In this document: positions 16,402 to 24,090 of the stretch, one piece after another
Layout: each line of letters begins with the position of its first letter
Numbering within the stretch: position 1 is the stretch's first letter
Source of the DNA: a virus
Taxonomy: Duplodnaviria; Caudoviricetes
Virus record (IMG/VR): IMGVR_UViG_3300027834_000009
Span: 1-50,014 of that record
Strand: one strand, 5' to 3'
DNA: 50,014 bases
Program-made: the position numbers and the translations under genes
The notes under the pieces: generated by a model
Seen by the model: the letters and a program-made list of their open reading frames with translations, nothing else
The model's database searches: none
Told to the model about the DNA's origin: nothing

Positions 16402-16522
16402 AGTAGTGTTTACCTTCGAACCAAGGAGCATTCCAGTCTCTGGCTTGAACAATTCTAAGCCTCGTCAGGATATCGATCTTTTGTACCATCTGCTCGAGTT
16501 GTTGTTTGTATGAGCTATTCAT
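16370..16522 (-). CDS. Small hypothetical protein (50 aa, not in ORF track)
   Basis: Manual translation: MNSSYKQQLEQMVQKIDILTRLRIVQARDWNAPWFEGKHYYAMQTPKNKA. Fills the gap between neighbours. Confidence 0.4.
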   Translation of the reverse strand: MNSSYKQQLEQMVQKIDILTRLRIVQARDWNAPWFEGKHYYAMQTPKNKA

Positions 16523-16799
16523 AAGCTACAGCCGTTAAGTTAATACCGGTGATACTACTAGAATCATCAAAAGTTGTGCCAAAGCAGCGACGACCAATGA
16601 TATGTAATCTACGCTCGCGACTCAGTTGCTGTAGCAAGTCAAACTTAATTTTGTTGTGAATACTAGTCACACCCTTGGTGCTGGTTCGGGTAAAGTATCG
16701 AACCTGATAGGAGCCATTTTTTTTAATGGCAGCCAATATGATACGACGATACTTAACATCCATGCTATTTTTCACAGGTCCCTCACCCATGTAATGCAA
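16515..16799 (-). CDS. Hypothetical protein
   Basis: ORF track; start uncertain. Confidence 0.55.
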   Translation of the reverse strand: MHYMGEGPVKNSMDVKYRRIILAAIKKNGSYQVRYFTRTSTKGVTSIHNKIKFDLLQQLSRERRLHIIGRRCFGTTFDDSSSITGINLTAVAYE

Positions 16800-17107
16800 T
16801 CAGAAGCCATAGCAGGACCTGACCCGTTAGTATTCCAGTAAAACATGTTGCGCTTGACGAAGTAGCTAGCGAGAGTGACTTTACCCTTGTAGATTACAAA
16901 GCATTCTTGCGATCCGATGGTCATTACACCTTTTACCCAGTATTCCATCTTAAGCCATCCGGTTTGGGATGCTAGGATCTGCATTTCTTTAAGCTGGTAT
17001 AATTGGTCGATAGTGCTTTGAAATACCTTAGCCTCTCGATGCTGCTCAGGCTTCAAATTTTCTATGATTTTTTCAAGTACAGTAATATTATCTTCTACTA
17101 ATCGCAT
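16772..17107 (-). CDS. Hypothetical protein
   Basis: First gene after promoter copy 3; AGGGG RBS. Confidence 0.7.
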   Translation of the reverse strand: MRLVEDNITVLEKIIENLKPEQHREAKVFQSTIDQLYQLKEMQILASQTGWLKMEYWVKGVMTIGSQECFVIYKGKVTLASYFVKRNMFYWNTNGSGPAMASDCITWVRDL

Positions 17108-17140
17108 TGTGGTTTCCCCTACTTCTTAAATGGTGTAGTC

Positions 17141-17169
17141 ATTATAGTGCAACTGTTGCATACTGTCAA
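17141..17169 (-). promoter_or_regulatory. Repeated promoter/operator element, copy 3 (perfect sigma70 consensus)
   Basis: TTGACA-GTATGCAACAGTTGCAC(17)-TATAAT. Confidence 0.92.
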
Positions 17170-17172
17170 TAA

Positions 17173-18138
17173 CTACTTTTTAAATACTGGTAATTCTTCT
17201 AGTTCTAAATATTTGTCTGTAAGTTTTTCGACTGTCGTGTAATTTCTATAGAGCGTTCGAGGCAGCTTTGAGTATTCACCGTTAATTTTATTGCCTCCTA
17301 CGTGTCCGTATTCCTTTTCAAGCATGTCTGGAAATTCAAAAATACCTGGGTCATTATCCATGATGGTAAGTAGCTTTTTCTCGCACTTTTTGAAGCACCA
17401 AGCGCAGTTACCTTGGTAATCTTCAATACCTAAATCGAACGTCATCGACTTCCAATAATCCCTGATCATTTGTTGTGTCATAGGCACATGGTCTGCCAAA
17501 GGATAGAATTTATTTTGCCAATTTTTATTACGATTGAGCCGCTTGGGTTCGTCACCACGGATACCGATAGCTGTGTGGTAGGTGCCTTTTTCCCACCCGA
17601 TGACCTTCTGTACGTAATGGTGAATAGGGTTCTCTTTAAGCTCTCGCGAGCAGTGTGGGTATGCTTTATTTGGCACCCCATATTTTTTGACCACATCAAG
17701 GTATGGGCCATCAAACCTACTACTCCTTGTAGCGCTCTCGTAATCAACCAGCTCTGATGTGGAAGCAATCCGACCAGCCCAGACACACGCCTCAACCCAT
17801 GCTGTATTGAGTTTGAAGTATTGGTCCACCTCGTCCATAAATTCTAAAGTCTCGTCCATCTCTTGCCCAGTATTAGCAAATACGAATCGAACGTCATAGA
17901 TTGCGGAGTCATAGTATTGCTTTGCCCAACCAGCCATGAAGCAAGAACTACGACCACCACTGACAGTGATGAGTATTTTTTCTCGCGGTAGTTCGTCGAC
18001 ACTAATACCAGTTATACTACAAGCTTGGGATGCAATCTCTAACGTTTCACTTATGGGCTTGTCACTACAGTCCTCGTAATGTCGAACCCTATAGACAAAA
18101 TTGCCCATACTCGTGATTTCGTAATTTCCGACTAGCAT
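17173..18138 (-). CDS. PAPS-reductase-like (adenine nucleotide alpha-hydrolase/PP-loop) protein
   Basis: VSGGRSS PP-loop, FANTGQE, CSRELK, IGIRGDE and GNCAWCFKK. Confidence 0.82.
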   Translation of the reverse strand: MLVGNYEITSMGNFVYRVRHYEDCSDKPISETLEIASQACSITGISVDELPREKILITVSGGRSSCFMAGWAKQYYDSAIYDVRFVFANTGQEMDETLEFMDEVDQYFKLNTAWVEACVWAGRIASTSELVDYESATRSSRFDGPYLDVVKKYGVPNKAYPHCSRELKENPIHHYVQKVIGWEKGTYHTAIGIRGDEPKRLNRNKNWQNKFYPLADHVPMTQQMIRDYWKSMTFDLGIEDYQGNCAWCFKKCEKKLLTIMDNDPGIFEFPDMLEKEYGHVGGNKINGEYSKLPRTLYRNYTTVEKLTDKYLELEELPVFKK

Positions 18139-18359
18139 TGCTTAGCCTCTCGATAAATTTGCTTGATGGCCTCTATGGTGTGGTCTCTCGCGTCGTAAGT
18201 TAGGTCAACCCAGTACTCGCCAGTGTCGTCGCCACCGTCACATATCATTAGTTCCTCAGTGGCCTGCATCTTGGCTGCTACTCTTTCAATCTTATCAGCT
18301 TCAGCGGTAGTTCCTTGGATGTTTGCTAAGCCCTTACTGATTACTAATTTCATTTTCAT
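18132..18359 (-). CDS. Hypothetical protein
   Basis: First gene after promoter copy 2. Confidence 0.65.
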   Translation of the reverse strand: MKMKLVISKGLANIQGTTAEADKIERVAAKMQATEELMICDGGDDTGEYWVDLTYDARDHTIEAIKQIYREAKQC

Positions 18360-18385
18360 TTGCTCTTTGCGTTTAAGTTGTACCT

Positions 18386-18414
18386 ATTGTAGTGCAATGG
18401 TTGCATACTGTCAA
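18386..18414 (-). promoter_or_regulatory. Repeated promoter/operator element, copy 2
   Basis: TTGACA-GTATGCAACCATTGCAC(17)-TACAAT. Confidence 0.88.
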
Positions 18415-18416
18415 GT

Positions 18417-18458
18417 AAAAAAAAGCCCTAAATTCATGGGGGCGAATTAGGGGCTTTT
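18417..18458 (-). terminator. Intrinsic terminator directly upstream of promoter copy 2
   Basis: Imperfect inverted repeat AAAAGCCCTAAATTC / GAATTAGGGGCTTTT, with a T8 tail on the minus strand. Confidence 0.75.
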
Positions 18459-18484
18459 CTGGGTTTGCATCATCTCTGCGGGTG

Positions 18485-19042
18485 TCATAATAAACCAAGG
18501 CTTTTACATTTGTCAATAAACAGCTGTTCATGCTGGTTTGGGTCATTAATAAAATAGAACTCCCGCAAGTTATCATCAATAGCAATGGGCGGAATATCAT
18601 CTAGTATTGGCCACGGTCTGCCAGGTGGCATGAAGTTATCACGCTCGTACTTTAGACAGCATAGGTCCGCATAAGTGATCCAATTCTTACCCGTCTTACG
18701 GGAGACCTTGAAGCGGTTGTAAATTTTACCATCGATATTGACAGTCATTTGCTCAAGGTCTCTAAGGTATGGCTTGATAGGGCTAGCGATATCACCGAGA
18801 TATGCCTCATGAGCATCATGAAGTATCGCCCATCGCTGCATATTCTCATCATAGCCCATCATTTGGATGAGCCCTAGAACCATCACAGAATGTAATGCAA
18901 CACTGCAATTAGCGCTTGCGTGGCCATTAAATCGACGAATGCGAGCAAGACTAAAGGCGATGTCCTCAATATACACATCCTCCCAATTAATGTTTTTAAA
19001 TGAGAACTCATGCCCATGATGAGTGAGTATCCAATGTGCCAT
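18485..19042 (-). CDS. HD-domain phosphohydrolase (YfdR/YfbR-like 5'-deoxynucleotidase)
   Basis: IEDIAFSLARIRRFNGH, SVALHS, LHDAHEAYLGDIASPIK and AD...L..E. ATG at 19042 chosen because it abuts the upstream stop. Confidence 0.85.
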   Translation of the reverse strand: MAHWILTHHGHEFSFKNINWEDVYIEDIAFSLARIRRFNGHASANCSVALHSVMVLGLIQMMGYDENMQRWAILHDAHEAYLGDIASPIKPYLRDLEQMTVNIDGKIYNRFKVSRKTGKNWITYADLCCLKYERDNFMPPGRPWPILDDIPPIAIDDNLREFYFINDPNQHEQLFIDKCKSLGLL

Positions 19043-19043
19043 T

Positions 19044-19352
19044 TCAAAAATGCTCTTCGTTGTCAAATTCTGCAATGGTGCTAAGAGCATCTGCAAGCTG
19101 CTTTTGAGTGTGTGCCAATTGTCGCTCGAGGTGTGCTGAATAGAAGCCGTGACGTTGGTCAAGCCTGTGCAAATATTCTGGGTTATCCCCCCTCATTGCA
19201 TTATTGTACAAGTCGGCTATCACATCCCAATCTTGATTACTATGCCCACCGGGATATCCTCGGTCTATTGAATGTTGCTTTATTGACTCGCCCGTTTGGA
19301 ACTCTCGGCGCATGCCGGTGACTTGTATTGATACTGATATGTTATTGCTCAT
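19044..19352 (-). CDS. Hypothetical protein
   Basis: ATG at 19352 after GAGG; coiled-coil C-terminus. Confidence 0.6.
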   Translation of the reverse strand: MSNNISVSIQVTGMRREFQTGESIKQHSIDRGYPGGHSNQDWDVIADLYNNAMRGDNPEYLHRLDQRHGFYSAHLERQLAHTQKQLADALSTIAEFDNEEHF

Positions 19353-19674
19353 CTTGTAGCCTCGCTTGATTTTTAAAAGTGTGTATATCCTTGCTGGCAA
19401 TAATTACCCGGCCATCGGGCATGAAGACCTCAAATTGTACATAGCGGTCCTGAGTACTGAGTACTTTATAATACTTGCATTGGTCACTCATATAAGGGTT
19501 TTTAGGACATTCCACCCATGTTTGACCAGCTAATGGTATTTGATGCTCGTCAATATATTCGTTTATTGCTACAGCAATCACACCAATACCAATTACTATC
19601 CACATAAGCTTGTCTAACAGTTTACCTACAGGGATTATGTGTATGCACTCAGTTGTAGGGGGTTCGTTACTCAT
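19342..19674 (-). CDS. Single-pass membrane protein
   Basis: LMWIVIGIGVIAVAI segment; GAGG RBS. Confidence 0.65.
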   Translation of the reverse strand: MSNEPPTTECIHIIPVGKLLDKLMWIVIGIGVIAVAINEYIDEHQIPLAGQTWVECPKNPYMSDQCKYYKVLSTQDRYVQFEVFMPDGRVIIASKDIHTFKNQARLQDEQ

Positions 19675-20086
19675 TATCCACCTCGTAGCTATAGGTTATG
19701 TCAGTGACTAGTCCCCTACCAGCGTGAAGCCATTTAGCATGATAGTTATCATCAGCCACGCAATACCGAATGATTTTAACCGAATTGTGCTTACAGGACT
19801 TAACCAGCGTATTGTGTAAACTAGTGGCTACCCCTACCATGCGATACTCGGGTTTGACATAAATTATAGTGACTACAGCCTCATCATGTACACAATTAGT
19901 GTCTATCATAAAACTGATTAAACCGATATGTTTACCACCATGTTTAGCAATGATGACGTGCTCATCAAAGTCAACTTCCAGGCTTTTTAGCTGTGCATGG
20001 TGACCAGCGTCTATCAGTTCGCGCCAAGCCTGTTTGTAAATAGAGGGTGTCTTCTTGGTTGAGTGGTAGGTGCACTTTATTAGCAT
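19667..20086 (-). CDS. GNAT-family acetyltransferase
   Basis: Motif A IYVKPEYRMVGVATSL and motif B V..DNYHA..L....G. Confidence 0.78.
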   Translation of the reverse strand: MLIKCTYHSTKKTPSIYKQAWRELIDAGHHAQLKSLEVDFDEHVIIAKHGGKHIGLISFMIDTNCVHDEAVVTIIYVKPEYRMVGVATSLHNTLVKSCKHNSVKIIRYCVADDNYHAKWLHAGRGLVTDITYSYEVDNE

Positions 20087-20529
20087 TTTAATATCTCCAT
20101 TAGGACACTTGCAGCCGCTAGAGCTTCTTTCTGCGTGGCAAATAATGAACCCCTATCAAGTTTCATTCCATTGGTGAAATTATAAGAATACTCAAAGCTA
20201 TAAACCCCGCCATCTTGAGAAAAATCAATACCCCAGACAGCCGTGCCAATTTTAATACTACCGCTAAGTGGTATAGGCATTTCTAAACCCTCATCAGGTG
20301 GGTTGATCAGTCTGGTTCTTATGATTATCGAATAGTTCATATTATCAGACCATTCAGGATTGGAAGTTAGAAAACGATCCCCTTGCGCGACCCAATAAGT
20401 TACTAAGTCATAAGTGCCGTTAGACCATTCAGTCGCGATATCACGATGCTTAATAAGTCCTTGTAAGTTAATTTTACGAAGTTCACAGTCTGATAGTTTT
20501 AATAAATGTTTAGTCGTTGATTTGTTCAT
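20080..20529 (-). CDS. Hypothetical phage protein; C-terminal half resembles 12744-13163
   Basis: P.PL....KIGTAVW...GSLFATQKEA. ATG at 20529 after GAGGA. Confidence 0.65.
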   Translation of the reverse strand: MNKSTTKHLLKLSDCELRKINLQGLIKHRDIATEWSNGTYDLVTYWVAQGDRFLTSNPEWSDNMNYSIIIRTRLINPPDEGLEMPIPLSGSIKIGTAVWGIDFSQDGGVYSFEYSYNFTNGMKLDRGSLFATQKEALAAASVLMEILKC

Positions 20530-21025
20530 TGTAATGGTCCTCATAGTTGCCAACAATTAAATAGGCTGCTTTGGTGACTAATTGTTGCCTATCTAGTTTT
20601 TTAATTTCACCGAGGCCGATTGAGATTTGTGTCTCTAGCTCGGCGTTGAACAGGTCTTTTCCGTCTTTGCAATGTACCCTGCCTTGCACTTTTTTTAGCC
20701 GAGTAACCTTATTTTTATTGATACCTGTATCGCGTTTGATATCACTAGCAATTCGGTCGAGTCCAGCCTCAATATGCTCAACCACGTTATTAATATTAAA
20801 GGAGGTAAGCTGCGCCACAGTGTTAATAAATAAGCGGCTAACCAATTGCTCGGCTTCTTTTTCGATGGGCGTATGTAGTGCTTCATACGCTTGTCTGATG
20901 GCAATGAATCGATTACTATCGCCGCCTGAGTCGGGATGATGTTTCTTAGCCAACTTGCGGTAAGCCCTTTTGATCTCAGCCTCATCAGCGTTGTGGTTAA
21001 CACCAAGTGTATCGTGCGGATTCAT
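20510..21025 (-). CDS. J-domain (DnaJ-like) protein
   Basis: NPHDTLGV...EIKRAYRKLAKKHHPD.GG....F..I..AYEAL, with an intact HPD motif. Confidence 0.9.
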   Translation of the reverse strand: MNPHDTLGVNHNADEAEIKRAYRKLAKKHHPDSGGDSNRFIAIRQAYEALHTPIEKEAEQLVSRLFINTVAQLTSFNINNVVEHIEAGLDRIASDIKRDTGINKNKVTRLKKVQGRVHCKDGKDLFNAELETQISIGLGEIKKLDRQQLVTKAAYLIVGNYEDHYNEQIND

Positions 21026-21414
21026 ATTTTAAACTCCATACCAGGGGGTACGTCACAGTGACGAAGGTTAGCAAATTTACTCATATCTCTGACAATGTCT
21101 ATCAGCTTATTGAACTCATCCCCAGGCACATCATGGCTGCGAATATAAGATTTACCATGATAGCGGCCAATGGTGATAATAGTATTAGATGCTTGAGGAT
21201 GTTGGTAATAGTCCACATCAATAGTAGTAGCCTTTTTAATATGCTCCTCGGCGGCCTTAGATAGTGATAAAGCTTTTCGAGCTACAGTGTTAGCGTGGTT
21301 GATATCACTTTGTAATTGAGATTCCATAGCCATTAGATTTTTAATCTGCATGTGGAGGTATCCGCCTAACGTTACGACGCTGAGAATAAGTAGTATAAGT
21401 ATTACCTCAATCAT
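21022..21414 (-). CDS. Membrane-anchored coiled-coil protein
   Basis: Hydrophobic N-terminus; coupled to both neighbours. Confidence 0.65.
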   Translation of the reverse strand: MIEVILILLILSVVTLGGYLHMQIKNLMAMESQLQSDINHANTVARKALSLSKAAEEHIKKATTIDVDYYQHPQASNTIITIGRYHGKSYIRSHDVPGDEFNKLIDIVRDMSKFANLRHCDVPPGMEFKI

Positions 21415-21695
21415 TATTTATCCCCATCGACTTTGATTCTATCGGTCAAGCAAAGAGCGTAGAATGTGGTGTACTTAGTCTGCAAGTCGATAAGCAAATT
21501 ATTGATAACGTTGTAGTGCGGAGTGTGGATGTCATGTTCATCACGAGCCGCCTTAACTTGGTTAATAATTTGAGCCGCGTTAATAGCTACACTATTTTGA
21601 TAAACATGCTCAGCTACTTTAATATCACGCGGTGACATCTTACCGATTGATGAATTCCTAACAATGCTAGTTAGTTCTTGGCTGAAGTTTTTCAT
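21414..21695 (-). CDS. Hypothetical protein
   Basis: ORF track; GAGGA RBS. Confidence 0.6.
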   Translation of the reverse strand: MKNFSQELTSIVRNSSIGKMSPRDIKVAEHVYQNSVAINAAQIINQVKAARDEHDIHTPHYNVINNLLIDLQTKYTTFYALCLTDRIKVDGDK

Positions 21696-22200
21696 TGAAT
21701 AAGTCCTCTAATTGTTTGTTTTTATGAATAGTTGCGGCATGAGAGAATGCCAAATGTGCAGAATGTGCACTACAAGGGGTAAAGCAACTCCTAATACACT
21801 CTACTGCACGAAATGCCTGTACCGGAATTGTGCAGTAATTTGACTTTTGTAAATATGTCAGGTGTATATAGTGTTCTCTCAGCTGGCTATATTTACAATC
21901 ACCATTAATATAATCTCGCAGGGCTTGTACGGCCTGCTCGGGTTCCTTACTTTCTGGCAATTCGTTATTAATAATGTCAAGTGGCACACATTCAATTAGT
22001 GCTAAAAGTAAAGGTGCATAATCCTTGTAGTCACATGTCCTAAGCGCCCATGCTGCATCGTTGATCCCGTTAGATTCCATGATGGTTAGTATGTGGATTG
22101 GATTATTAATTCCGTAGTCAGGACCTAAATACTCAGTGAGTATCCGATATCCTCTCTTACATGGTTTAAATGATGAAATTTCAGCTAGTGTCGTATACAT
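21667..22200 (-). CDS. Hypothetical phage protein
   Basis: First gene after promoter copy 1; AGGGG RBS. N-terminus TTL.EI....PC..GY..L...LG...SNGI.DA.WALR. Confidence 0.7.
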   Translation of the reverse strand: MYTTLAEISSFKPCKRGYRILTEYLGPDYGINNPIHILTIMESNGINDAAWALRTCDYKDYAPLLLALIECVPLDIINNELPESKEPEQAVQALRDYINGDCKYSQLREHYIHLTYLQKSNYCTIPVQAFRAVECIRSCFTPCSAHSAHLAFSHAATIHKNKQLEDLFNEKLQPRTN

Positions 22201-22229
22201 TTAGTTTCCCCTATTTAGTAGACAAATCG

Positions 22230-22258
22230 ATTGTAGTGCAACGATTGCACACTGTCAA
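22230..22258 (-). promoter_or_regulatory. Repeated promoter/operator element, copy 1
   Basis: TTGACA-GTGTGCAATCGTTGCAC(17)-TACAAT. Confidence 0.88.
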
Positions 22259-22704
22259 TGATTACTTCTCACAATTGCAGATTCAAATAATTGAGCGTCA
22301 CTTTCTCCATTTTGCCAGCGAATTTTTAATATCATTAGTAAGCCATTCATGGTGGTGGCGGTCACTTCTCGAAGGTGTGATTTATACCGATAAATTTTAC
22401 CGTTATGGGTAATAATTGGCATTTCTTTGTCCATTGTTTTCGTATTGACAACGACTAAATCAGCCAGTGAGAGGTAACAGGCGTGTGATATTGTGGTTAA
22501 TAACTCATCAGTCATGCCATTTTTGTTAGTGACGTACAGCTGCAGTGTGCATCCTATAGCATCGAGATAGCGGTACAGCGATGAGAGCGTGTAGTCTCGC
22601 TTGCTCTCCATGCGTCTGATAGTAGCGAGACAAAATCCAGCTCTTTTTACGAGTTGCGCCTGTGTGGTGTTGCTAGAGCGCCGTAGAGTGTGTAGTGGTA
22701 TCAT
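22255..22704 (-). CDS. XRE/Cro-family helix-turn-helix regulator
   Basis: LHTLRRSSNTTQAQLVKRAGFCLATIRRMES...TLSSLYRYLDAIG. Confidence 0.8.
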   Translation of the reverse strand: MIPLHTLRRSSNTTQAQLVKRAGFCLATIRRMESKRDYTLSSLYRYLDAIGCTLQLYVTNKNGMTDELLTTISHACYLSLADLVVVNTKTMDKEMPIITHNGKIYRYKSHLREVTATTMNGLLMILKIRWQNGESDAQLFESAIVRSNH

Positions 22705-22707
22705 TTC

Positions 22708-23088
22708 CAGTTACTCCCCAGTTACTTACAGCTATAGTAGCTGTTGCTGGATTAGTTGAATTTAAAGGGCTGTAGAGAATTAACAGTTACTACAGTTAGT
22801 TTGTATATATATAAAGAAGTAATACATACATAAAGTATAACATAATACAGGTGTTGTCAATGTAATACTTTACGTACCGATCACCTAGTAGTAAGTTTTG
22901 GAAAGTAACTGTTGGTAAAAAAAGGGTGTTTTCCCGTTTAAAATCAATAGCTTGGCGTAACAGCATGCAGTAATTGCGTAACTGGTAACTGTGGCTGTAG
23001 TGTCTCGCTGTAGTGTGTCGCTGTAGAGCGCTGTGGTGTGTAGCGTGTAGGGGCTGTAAGAAAAACACTACTGACATCCTACTGACAT
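22708..23088. repeat. Non-coding strand-switch region with inverted heptamer arrays, an AT-rich core and tandem repeats (possible replication origin)
   Basis: CAGTTAC at 22708, 22719, 22784 (CAGTTAG at 22793). Its reverse complement GTAACTG at 22905, 22978, 22985 (variants at 22957, 22970). AT-rich stretch 22800-22850. GCTGTAG at 22994, 23007, 23020. CTACTGACAT at 23068 and 23079. Confidence 0.7.
22832..22860 (-). promoter_or_regulatory. Sigma70-type promoter for the HTH gene, lacking the palindromic spacer
   Basis: TTGACA-17 bp-TACTTT on the minus strand. Confidence 0.55.
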
Positions 23089-23168
23089 TTATATGCTATG
23101 ATTTGATTTCCTGTACCAGTGTGCTAGTATCTTCACTCCAATTAACCATAATCTCATGAGGTGATATT

Positions 23169-23207
23169 ATGCCAGGTTCTAACAAGCCACCACGCCCACC
23201 AAAATAG
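23169..23207 (+). CDS. 12-aa Pro-rich micro-ORF (MPGSNKPPRPPK)
   Basis: Strong GAGGTGA RBS at 23158-23164. First ORF of the rightward late region. Confidence 0.45.
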   Translation: MPGSNKPPRPPK

Positions 23208-23221
23208 GCAACGGGGAAACC

Positions 23222-23704
23222 ATGCTAATACTTGACGTTACACTACTGCTCATTGTGGCAATTCTGCACCGCACATCACTAGCGCCTACAGCTAGTAAAA
23301 TCATCTATTTAGAATTCGCTGGAGGGATAACCTTTGGATATCTCAGCCCGATATTATTCGCCTATGACCTGCTCGCAGCTGAGTGGTTCTTTGTGGTTCG
23401 TGCTTACATCATGTTGGCAGCTATGGTATTATTGGTCGTAGAGAACGCCCCGTATAAAATCGGTATGGTTATTGTCTTAGGAATAATTTATAACTTGTTG
23501 ATGTTTTTTGAATACGCGCTAAGTCTGTACAGTTGGGTAGATACTTACTACACACCTTTCATGCTAGCTAACATGTTTCTTCAAGTGCTCTATGTATTTG
23601 GAATTAGTAAGGGTGCCATCACAGCCTATGAACGAATTATGGATAATATTAGGTCTGTTACTGATCGTATGTTCTGTGGTATTATCGTTAATACTTTTAC
23701 ATAG
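23222..23704 (+). CDS. Multi-pass membrane protein
   Basis: About five hydrophobic segments; GGGG RBS. Confidence 0.7.
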   Translation: MLILDVTLLLIVAILHRTSLAPTASKIIYLEFAGGITFGYLSPILFAYDLLAAEWFFVVRAYIMLAAMVLLVVENAPYKIGMVIVLGIIYNLLMFFEYALSLYSWVDTYYTPFMLANMFLQVLYVFGISKGAITAYERIMDNIRSVTDRMFCGIIVNTFT

Positions 23705-23715
23705 AATGGGGCCTA

Positions 23716-24090
23716 GTGGCCATGAGCGAAGCCGTAAAACTGTCAGACGTAAAGGACGAGATAAAAGAGCTGAGCGTAGACATGAGGGGTATGGTCAAGG
23801 CCGTCACCGCAGTCACTAAATCTGTCAATACGTTCATTACCCACATGACGCTCGCTGAAGAAAGACACGCCCTACAACGAGAAGAAAATAACCGCATCCA
23901 CGAACGGTGTGACAAAATCGAGGAGATATTAATTGATTTGCGTCGCACCCAGGACAAAGAACTCACCCTCAATACCCAAATTCGAAAGCGATATAACTGG
24001 TTCATCATGGCTGTAGCAGCTATGGCACTAACCAGCATAGGCTCGGGCATTTGGTTTGTAATCAAGCAAATGGCACAGGCAGCAATATGA
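23716..24090 (+). CDS. Coiled-coil protein with a C-terminal transmembrane helix (holin/antiholin-like)
   Basis: WFIMAVAAMALTSIGSGIWFVI segment; lies immediately upstream of the putative endolysin. Confidence 0.55.
   Translation: MAMSEAVKLSDVKDEIKELSVDMRGMVKAVTAVTKSVNTFITHMTLAEERHALQREENNRIHERCDKIEEILIDLRRTQDKELTLNTQIRKRYNWFIMAVAAMALTSIGSGIWFVIKQMAQAAI

Noticed and set aside
19043-19162. N-terminal extension of the HD protein in the ORF track
   Set aside because: It overlaps the upstream gene by about 120 bp, and the ATG at 19042 abuts that gene's stop.
22796-23077. 93-aa minus-strand ORF in the switch region
   Set aside because: It runs through tandem repeats and a promoter, has no RBS and has low-complexity composition.
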